Source of the DNA: a virus
Taxonomy: Duplodnaviria; Caudoviricetes
Virus record (IMG/VR): IMGVR_UViG_3300032233_002382
Span: 192,001-256,000 of that record
Direction: 5' to 3' (one strand)
Length of the DNA: 64,000 bases
Shown: positions 57,796 through 64,000 of the stretch, one piece after another
Numbering within the stretch: the first letter of the stretch is position 1
Layout: the number at the start of each line of letters is the position of its first letter
Notes under the pieces: generated by a model
The model's input: only the letters and a program-made list of their open reading frames with translations
Told to the model about the DNA's origin: nothing
Databases searched by the model: none
Translations under genes and position numbers: made by a program

Positions 57796-59496
57796 ATGCA
57801 TGGTAGATCTATACCTCAATATTTCATTAGAAATCCACCTGAAGAACCAAGATATCAAGAAAGACTCAAGTTAGAGCTAAGTTGGTTTGAAAATACGGTA
57901 GCTGAAGACTACATACTGACCGTAGCTGAAATATGCCGCAACATTAGAGACATACCCCATACGATCAGGGGATCCGCTGGATCGAGCCTTGTCATATACC
58001 TTCTTGGCATCTCTGACATCGACCCAGTTAAATGGAATATAGCTCCAGAGCGATTCTTTCATCCGAAACGCAAGGATCTCCCCGATATCGACTTGGACTT
58101 TCCAGATATAAGAAGAGAAGAAGTATTTGACAGAATTCACCAGTTGTTCCCAAATCGAACAGCACGAATATCGAATCATATAACATACAAAGACAAGAGT
58201 GCGATTCGCGAGGCGATTCGTAGGTTAGGAGTTCGAAAAAAGCTGCCTCGAGGCTTTAAAATACATGAAGTGGTACCGGGTCGAGAGACCGATGCAATAG
58301 AAATAGCGGCAGATCTAAAGGGGCAAGTAAGAGATCTATCTCTACACTGCGGTGGAGTCATCGTGTTCGACAGAGAAGTTCCGCCAGACATTCGGATGAA
58401 AGAGAAAAAAGGCCAAATTAGAATCGATAAGTTCGAAACCGATATCATGAACTATTTTAAAATCGACATTTTGTCTAATATATCGCTAACTCAGCTCAAT
58501 GATTGTGATTCAAGACCAATACTAGAATATCCTCCTGAAGACGCAAAAATCACTGAAATGCTTAGCCAGGGAAAATCTTTAGGTATTACGCAAGCAGAAT
58601 CACCAGCATTTCAGAAAATGCTAAGAGCAGTCAAACCTAAAAGCGTAAACGATATGATAATGTGCATGGCGCTTATTAGACCGGCGTCAGCCTGGAGAGG
58701 TCATAGAGTTAACTTCATGGAGGAATGGAATAAAGAACGAGATACTGAATTCCTTATATTCGAGGATGACGCCACGAAAGTAATTCAAGAGATATCAGGT
58801 CTTTCGGGTCCCGAAGCTGACGCTCTTAGAAGAGCATTTGTTAAAAGAGACCACGAAGCCACTGAAGATTTCAGAAATCTGATATCACACCGAGATGATG
58901 CTCAGACGATCATAGATGATCTTGAAGCATTCAGGTCGTTCAGCATGTGCAAGTCCCACTCAGTTGCATATGGTCACGTGGCCTGGGCATTAGCGTGGCA
59001 AAAAGCACACAACACGAAAGCCTTCTGGAAGTCGGTGCTTAACCGAACTCAACCAATGTGGAGACCGTGGGTCCATGTCGAAGAAGCCAAGCTTGCTGGA
59101 TGGAAAGTGATCCCAGGAAAGAGACCATTTGCAGTGAAAGACGATACGCTTATCGGGCAAGAGTACGTACCGCAGTTATTTAAATCGGACCCATGGTGGG
59201 AGCTTAAAAAGTATAAAATGTGGTCAGGAAATGAGTTCCCTAAAGAGTGTTACCGAAGCGATGACGGAGAAAGAATTGAATTCTACGGAATAATCGGAAC
59301 GCACCGGATACTTAAGAGAAAAGATGGACAAGCAGTCACGTTTGCTACAATAGGAACATCGCCAGGATCATATGTAGACTTGATACTAGAGGGAGCTATA
59401 GACCTAAAGAGGTATCAAGCAATTCAAGGCAACGGTGAATTAGGGATTAAATTCGGCTCCGAATTTACGAAAGTCAAACAGTACTCTATACTTTAA
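57796..59496 (+). CDS. dnaE: minimal DnaE-type (Pol III alpha) polymerase lacking PHP domain
   Basis: RGSAGSSLV.Y.LGI..IDP, ERF..P.R...PDIDLDF, HCGGV, KIDIL, F.MCKSHS.AY, C-terminal OB-like segment. Confidence 0.85.
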   Translation: MHGRSIPQYFIRNPPEEPRYQERLKLELSWFENTVAEDYILTVAEICRNIRDIPHTIRGSAGSSLVIYLLGISDIDPVKWNIAPERFFHPKRKDLPDIDLDFPDIRREEVFDRIHQLFPNRTARISNHITYKDKSAIREAIRRLGVRKKLPRGFKIHEVVPGRETDAIEIAADLKGQVRDLSLHCGGVIVFDREVPPDIRMKEKKGQIRIDKFETDIMNYFKIDILSNISLTQLNDCDSRPILEYPPEDAKITEMLSQGKSLGITQAESPAFQKMLRAVKPKSVNDMIMCMALIRPASAWRGHRVNFMEEWNKERDTEFLIFEDDATKVIQEISGLSGPEADALRRAFVKRDHEATEDFRNLISHRDDAQTIIDDLEAFRSFSMCKSHSVAYGHVAWALAWQKAHNTKAFWKSVLNRTQPMWRPWVHVEEAKLAGWKVIPGKRPFAVKDDTLIGQEYVPQLFKSDPWWELKKYKMWSGNEFPKECYRSDDGERIEFYGIIGTHRILKRKDGQAVTFATIGTSPGSYVDLILEGAIDLKRYQAIQGNGELGIKFGSEFTKVKQYSIL

Positions 59497-59543
59497 ATAT
59501 GAATCAACCCACCAAGATGAACATTGGTGGGTTGATTCATATT
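59496..59543. terminator. 20-bp inverted repeat, bidirectional terminator between convergent genes
   Basis: AATATGAATCAACCCACCAA-GATGAACA-TTGGTGGGTTGATTCATATT. Confidence 0.85.
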
Positions 59544-59547
59544 GGAA

Positions 59548-59775
59548 TTACTTAGAGCTCGGACCTGATCCTTTGACCGGAGGCTTAACGGGTTTTTCCT
59601 CCCTGACGACCTTTAAAACATAACAGCCAACGCCAGCTGGTGTTGCTGCTAGCGCAGCCGCTTCTGAATCCCAGGAAGCTGTTTTCTCATGCCCTATCGA
59701 ACTAACCCAAGCGTTTTCGGTCGATAGGAAATGATGAGTTAGATCATTCTTTAGATAGAATTTAGAGGTCGCCAT
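59548..59775 (-). CDS. small hypothetical protein (75 aa)
   Basis: AGGAG SD. Confidence 0.6.
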   Translation of the reverse strand: MATSKFYLKNDLTHHFLSTENAWVSSIGHEKTASWDSEAAALAATPAGVGCYVLKVVREEKPVKPPVKGSGPSSK

Positions 59776-59784
59776 TAATTACTC

Positions 59785-61797
59785 CTACATAGCGCTGACG
59801 CCGGTATGCTTATACCAGTCGCCAGCGCCAGTGCTTGAAGTGGTAAAGATGCTAGTCGCTAAATCAGCGGCCAAGCTAGCAGTTATGTCGCCTGCATCCC
59901 AAGTATTTAAAGTCGCCTTCGCTGGCATGCTGGTCGCTTGGAAAACGACCGGGATACCGGGACCGCGAGGCCGAATCTTCGAATCCGGGCGATCAACAAC
60001 GTTTACTATCTTAAACTGGCACGTGCCAGATAGGTAAACATTCGAGTCGAAAGCCGGTACCGCGCCAGCGCCTGCACCGTCTAAGCAATTTAAATCTTCT
60101 ACAAACATCCCGCCGTCCGCTCCCACAAATGTTGAAGCAGCCCCATTTATGGCGGCAGCCGCATCCAAAGACGCGTTTGAGTCACCACCAGACGCTTCAA
60201 GGTAGGCGCACGTTAACCGACCGGAAATGCTAATGTAACCGCCATCTCCGCCGTTATTCCCAGTCCCAGTACCTCCGTTAGCATATAGATTGTCGATGAT
60301 TGCATCTCCTGAAACGAAAAGCTGCCCACCACTACCACCAACACGATTGGCGAAATCGGTTATCACGGCACCGCCACGAATATTCATCGTATCACAGATT
60401 ACGTCACCGTCGACGTAAATATTGCCGCCATTGCTACTGGATCCGGCCAAATTGGCGACGGTCGTATTGCCGAGGCGGTCTCCACCATCGAGGTCAATAG
60501 TGTTATTAGCTACATTAAGGTTACGACAGTTTATTTGGCCTCCATAACCCGCGTTGTGTGTTTCATCAGCTGAATTGCAATATCCGCCGTTTCCGGCGAT
60601 ATAATCACTAGTAAAATTGCCCTCAACGCTCACATACCCACCATTACCCCCCGAACCATTATTGGCTGAACCACCAAAGAATTCAAAATTTTGATCGCAA
60701 ATTAAATTACCCCCAACCGAAATGTAAGCGCCATTGCCACCGTTTCCACCAGTTGCAGATTCACCATAGGCATAAAATTCATCGCAGGTTAAACTTCCGA
60801 GGACGTAAATACTACCACCTGACCCGCCGTTACCACCGTTGCCGGAGCCACCATAGATTTCGATTTCATCGCAGACAATATCACCATCGACGTCTATGAC
60901 AGCGCCATTGCCTCCATTACCTGCATTACCGCTACCGCCGCTACACCAAAAATCGTCAACATTTGCTGAACCATTTACATAAATGATGCCAGCATTGCCG
61001 CCGCTTAAATCTCCCCAACCACCCGCAAGACGAACATCGCCGCTTGATAAATAGCCATTTATGTCGATGAAACCACCCGAACCTCCATCAGACCCATTAC
61101 CGTAACCACCGTCTAAATCTAAAGTTCCAGTGCTAGTGAAATTCCCGTACACATACATTGACCCAGCACCAGCAGCATTAAATCCAACTTGTCCGTCTCC
61201 GCCTTGCAAACGAATACCACCGTTTATGGCCACATCACCATAAACATCAAAGGTGCCGCCAGTACCGGCTGCTAATACCCCATCAGAGTTAGCACCATCA
61301 AGGTATACATCACCAGTATACCAAGACCCGTAAACAATAATGTCAGCACCATTGGTTGCGGTATTGTCGACAGCCTCAGCTGTAAAGGGCGAACCGCCGC
61401 CGCCTAAGGTGCCATATACGCTTCCAGCCACTCTAAAAGTCGCTTGTGAACCACCACACTGAGGCCAGTAAAAATTCGTATAATAGAAAGATCCACCGAC
61501 TGTGATGTTGCCTTGAGGAACCGTAATGTCAGCGGGCGTCATATCCCAGTTATGGGCTATCACATCACCTTCGACCTCGACCGAATGGCCGTCGGGACCG
61601 ATCAAATCTCCGACTACATATAATGTACCTTTAACCAACACTGGACTAATAACGTTTACATTTCCTTCGCAGTAGACATTGCCGGAGTATGTACCGTCGA
61701 GATCTCCGCCATTCGGGATAACGGTGCCACCACCGCCACCACCGCCGGAATAAACGGTGGTGAATAATGTGCCGAATCCATCATTTGCAAGAGTCAT
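59785..61797 (-). CDS. Gly-rich repeat beta-solenoid protein (adhesin/fibre-like)
   Basis: at least 10 approx 33-35 aa repeats I.V.G......GG.G..G.GG.GG. Confidence 0.7.
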   Translation of the reverse strand: MTLANDGFGTLFTTVYSGGGGGGGTVIPNGGDLDGTYSGNVYCEGNVNVISPVLVKGTLYVVGDLIGPDGHSVEVEGDVIAHNWDMTPADITVPQGNITVGGSFYYTNFYWPQCGGSQATFRVAGSVYGTLGGGGSPFTAEAVDNTATNGADIIVYGSWYTGDVYLDGANSDGVLAAGTGGTFDVYGDVAINGGIRLQGGDGQVGFNAAGAGSMYVYGNFTSTGTLDLDGGYGNGSDGGSGGFIDINGYLSSGDVRLAGGWGDLSGGNAGIIYVNGSANVDDFWCSGGSGNAGNGGNGAVIDVDGDIVCDEIEIYGGSGNGGNGGSGGSIYVLGSLTCDEFYAYGESATGGNGGNGAYISVGGNLICDQNFEFFGGSANNGSGGNGGYVSVEGNFTSDYIAGNGGYCNSADETHNAGYGGQINCRNLNVANNTIDLDGGDRLGNTTVANLAGSSSNGGNIYVDGDVICDTMNIRGGAVITDFANRVGGSGGQLFVSGDAIIDNLYANGGTGTGNNGGDGGYISISGRLTCAYLEASGGDSNASLDAAAAINGAASTFVGADGGMFVEDLNCLDGAGAGAVPAFDSNVYLSGTCQFKIVNVVDRPDSKIRPRGPGIPVVFQATSMPAKATLNTWDAGDITASLAADLATSIFTTSSTGAGDWYKHTGVSAM

Positions 61798-61801
61798 GGA
61801 T

Positions 61802-62215
61802 TTATCCTAGTCTAATGAGGAAGGTTAAGGCGCCACCTGTGGTATTGGTGATGGTAGTAGTAGTAAACGCCGCGTTATGAACGGCGTTGAAGGTACCGGT
61901 AGCATCGACCCAAGTCGGACCTACCGCTTTAACGACGGAAACGTCGGGCGGCAAACCGAAATTGTGGTTTAAAACCACATTCGCTCCGCCAGCTAGGGTG
62001 ACGTTATCTTCTAAGGTAATGATGCCATTATCGCGCCACTTACGTAAGTCGCCCTTGAATGCGGAACGAATTACTTCGGTGGTATTCGGTAAATAGACCG
62101 ACTGACCAGGATTAAGATAACGGTCCTCACCCTGACGACCTTCGGTCTGGGCCTGAGCTATGAACCGAAGATCGTGAAGATATATACGGATTGTAGAAAC
62201 GTTTGTGATTTTCAT
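61802..62215 (-). CDS. putative decoration protein with shared N-terminal anchor domain
   Basis: ITNVS..IYLHDL...YLNPGQSVYLP...S...G.L. Confidence 0.55.
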   Translation of the reverse strand: MKITNVSTIRIYLHDLRFIAQAQTEGRQGEDRYLNPGQSVYLPNTTEVIRSAFKGDLRKWRDNGIITLEDNVTLAGGANVVLNHNFGLPPDVSVVKAVGPTWVDATGTFNAVHNAAFTTTTITNTTGGALTFLIRLG

Positions 62216-62246
62216 AATTAAAGTCTCTTATTTAAAGGATAAAATC

Positions 62247-62255
62247 CGGAAATTC
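62247..62255 (+). promoter_or_regulatory. CGGAAATTC upstream element (also at 25837-25845 and 28372-28380)
   Basis: identical 9-mer in intergenic DNA upstream of three plus-strand units. Confidence 0.6.
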
Positions 62256-62288
62256 CTCTTATATTAAGTTCAGAATCATGAGGCAAGC

Positions 62289-62915
62289 ATGAACATTTTT
62301 GTGACCCATCACAACCCGGAAATCGCAGCAAAGCACCTGTGTGACAAACACGTTCCCAAAATGATCTTAGAAAGTGCGCAGATGCTATCTAATGCGTTTC
62401 ACGTCCTCGGACTCCCGCACCTGGCCCCATACAGACAGCTAATGCTGAAGCATCCTTGTTGCAAATGGGTACTTGAATCGAGAGGCAACTTCGAATGGTT
62501 GCTTAGGCACGCAAAACAAATTGCCGAGGAATTTGAACAGAGATTCGGGAAGAAGCACAAGTGTGAAGATGTAATTCTAAGTATGGAACGGAATTACATG
62601 AACCTCAGCTGGCCCAAGAAATCACGGACCAAATTCGTTCAGTGCATGCCAAGGATTTATCGCAATCGCGATGTCATCGTTGCGTACCGTTCATATATTA
62701 AGCACGCCAAGATGTTCGCTAAATGGAAAAAGGGGCGTAAGAAACCATCATGGTTCCTGAAGCATTACATCGAATTTAACCATGAAGAAATCGGTAATTA
62801 TATGACCGAATCGATTCCGCTACCTGATAGTGTTCCGCAACATCATATTGATTTCAGTGCTACAATCGCTTGGGCCAAGTGGTCAGTCGAGCAGGAGAAT
62901 GCAAATCTAATGTAG
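62289..62915 (+). CDS. pyrimidine dimer DNA glycosylase family protein
   Basis: MNIF......A..LCDKHV.KMILESAQML...HPC..W...N..WL...F..QCMP...AYR.Y signature. Confidence 0.85.
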   Translation: MNIFVTHHNPEIAAKHLCDKHVPKMILESAQMLSNAFHVLGLPHLAPYRQLMLKHPCCKWVLESRGNFEWLLRHAKQIAEEFEQRFGKKHKCEDVILSMERNYMNLSWPKKSRTKFVQCMPRIYRNRDVIVAYRSYIKHAKMFAKWKKGRKKPSWFLKHYIEFNHEEIGNYMTESIPLPDSVPQHHIDFSATIAWAKWSVEQENANLM

Positions 62916-63994
62916 CCCCTACCGGCGGGACCAAAGGCACTTCCTGGGCTGCTACCAACTCCCGCCTTGTCTATCATATAGTCCGTAAAAGCCACGTCAT
63001 TGGCTTCAGACTTCAGCTTTGTCCAAAGGAAGAAGGAACCTGAGGGAGTGAATGTTGTAAAATGTGGAGAATGAAGCAAGGCGTCTAATAACAAGTTACG
63101 TCGATTTTCATACTCCTTAGCCATTTCCGTCTGATGACTATTCCCGATCGAAAGAGCCGTCACAGCACCATATTGAGCGACACTGTTCACCCCGTTTGTA
63201 CTACACCTGAGCAATTTCTTAATACGATCAAGAACTGGCTCGTTATTCGATACGACATAACCAATCCTTAGACCGCTCATTGCATAGCTCTTAGAGGAGC
63301 TAAATAAAGAGATAGTTCGATTATATGCACCAGGTAGAGAAGCCACGCTTACATGTTTTAATCCGTCGAAAATCACATGTTCGTAAGCTTCATCAGACAC
63401 AATGATCAAGTCATACTTTTCTGCTAGATTAACGAATTCCTTTAAAACTGACTCAGAAAGCACGACTCCAGTTGGATTATGTGGAGTATTTAGGAAAATA
63501 GCTTTGGTATTGGGCGTAATATAACGCTCGACCATGTCCGCTGTATATGGATTGGGCTTGCTTAGGTCCATGGGACATCTAACAGCATAGCCACCAGCTA
63601 GTCTAATATTTTCTGCAATTTCGGTCCACATCGGATCCGGAATAATCACTTCATCATTGGTTTCGAGAATCGAAGCAAAGGTTAAGAAAAGTGCATGCAT
63701 TCCGCCACTAGTGACCACCACATGGTTTGGGTCAGATACCGGTATATGATTTGATCGGCGGCATTTTTCGACAATCGCACGACGCAGTTCGACGATTCCA
63801 GCTGACGCCGTGTAATGTGTATAGTCTTTATCTAAAGCATCGCGCATAGCCTGCTTAACTTCCGGATGGACTGCGAAGTTCGGATCTCCAGACTCCAGTC
63901 GGTATACCTTACGGCCTTGAGACGCCAAACCGAGCAAGCGGTCTCTGACGGTTACAATCGCACCGAAGCTAATCTGGTCTAATTGAGAAATCAT
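62843..63994 (-). CDS. PLP-dependent aminotransferase class I/II (Asp/aromatic AT-like)
   Basis: NTPHNPTG, SDEAYE, SSSKSYAMSGLRIGY (PLP lysine), G.GYIRF. Confidence 0.92.
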   Translation of the reverse strand: MISQLDQISFGAIVTVRDRLLGLASQGRKVYRLESGDPNFAVHPEVKQAMRDALDKDYTHYTASAGIVELRRAIVEKCRRSNHIPVSDPNHVVVTSGGMHALFLTFASILETNDEVIIPDPMWTEIAENIRLAGGYAVRCPMDLSKPNPYTADMVERYITPNTKAIFLNTPHNPTGVVLSESVLKEFVNLAEKYDLIIVSDEAYEHVIFDGLKHVSVASLPGAYNRTISLFSSSKSYAMSGLRIGYVVSNNEPVLDRIKKLLRCSTNGVNSVAQYGAVTALSIGNSHQTEMAKEYENRRNLLLDALLHSPHFTTFTPSGSFFLWTKLKSEANDVAFTDYMIDKAGVGSSPGSAFGPAGRGYIRFAFSCSTDHLAQAIVALKSI

Positions 63995-64000
63995 GAGACA

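Noticed and set aside
344-61000. Numerous plus-strand ORFs of 60-150 aa antisense to structural genes
   Set aside because: Shadow ORFs without SD, promoter motif or recognisable domains.
1-64000. Stop-codon reassignment (code 15 or code 4)
   Set aside because: Long genes are intact in code 11 and end in TAA, TAG and TGA with coupled downstream starts.
1-64000. CRISPR array, tRNA, rRNA, intron or intein
   Set aside because: No repeat-spacer periodicity, cloverleaf, split conserved gene or intein splice motif was recognised by eye; a tRNAscan/Infernal run would be needed to exclude these formally.

Overview
This window is 64 kb of a large, standard-code (all three stop codons used) contractile-tailed phage genome, most likely a jumbo myovirus. 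Almost all genes are on the minus strand. The left part is a virion morphogenesis module: baseplate/wedge candidates, spike, hub, two tube initiators, tape measure, chaperones, tail tube, a 1793-aa sheath, tail terminator and neck/adaptor genes. The right part holds fibre/decoration proteins and putative internal head proteins. Plus-strand islands include a PHP-less DnaE polymerase and a pyrimidine-dimer glycosylase; a DEDDh exonuclease and a PLP aminotransferase are also present. No capsid, portal or terminase gene was recognised. The most notable signal is a volactin-like actin ATPase embedded in the neck module, directly downstream of a partner whose N-terminus resembles a domain shared by putative virion decoration proteins; this suggests a capsid-to-filament adaptor system. 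Other signals: (i) a recurrent GTA-NN-(G/T)T-N5-A promoter that gives leaderless starts, in one case from inside an SD-sequestering hairpin; (ii) an ATT-initiated zinc-ribbon gene; (iii) two families of shared N-terminal leader peptides; (iv) His/Asp repeats inserted in the sheath. All functional calls come from motif recognition by eye; no database searches were run.
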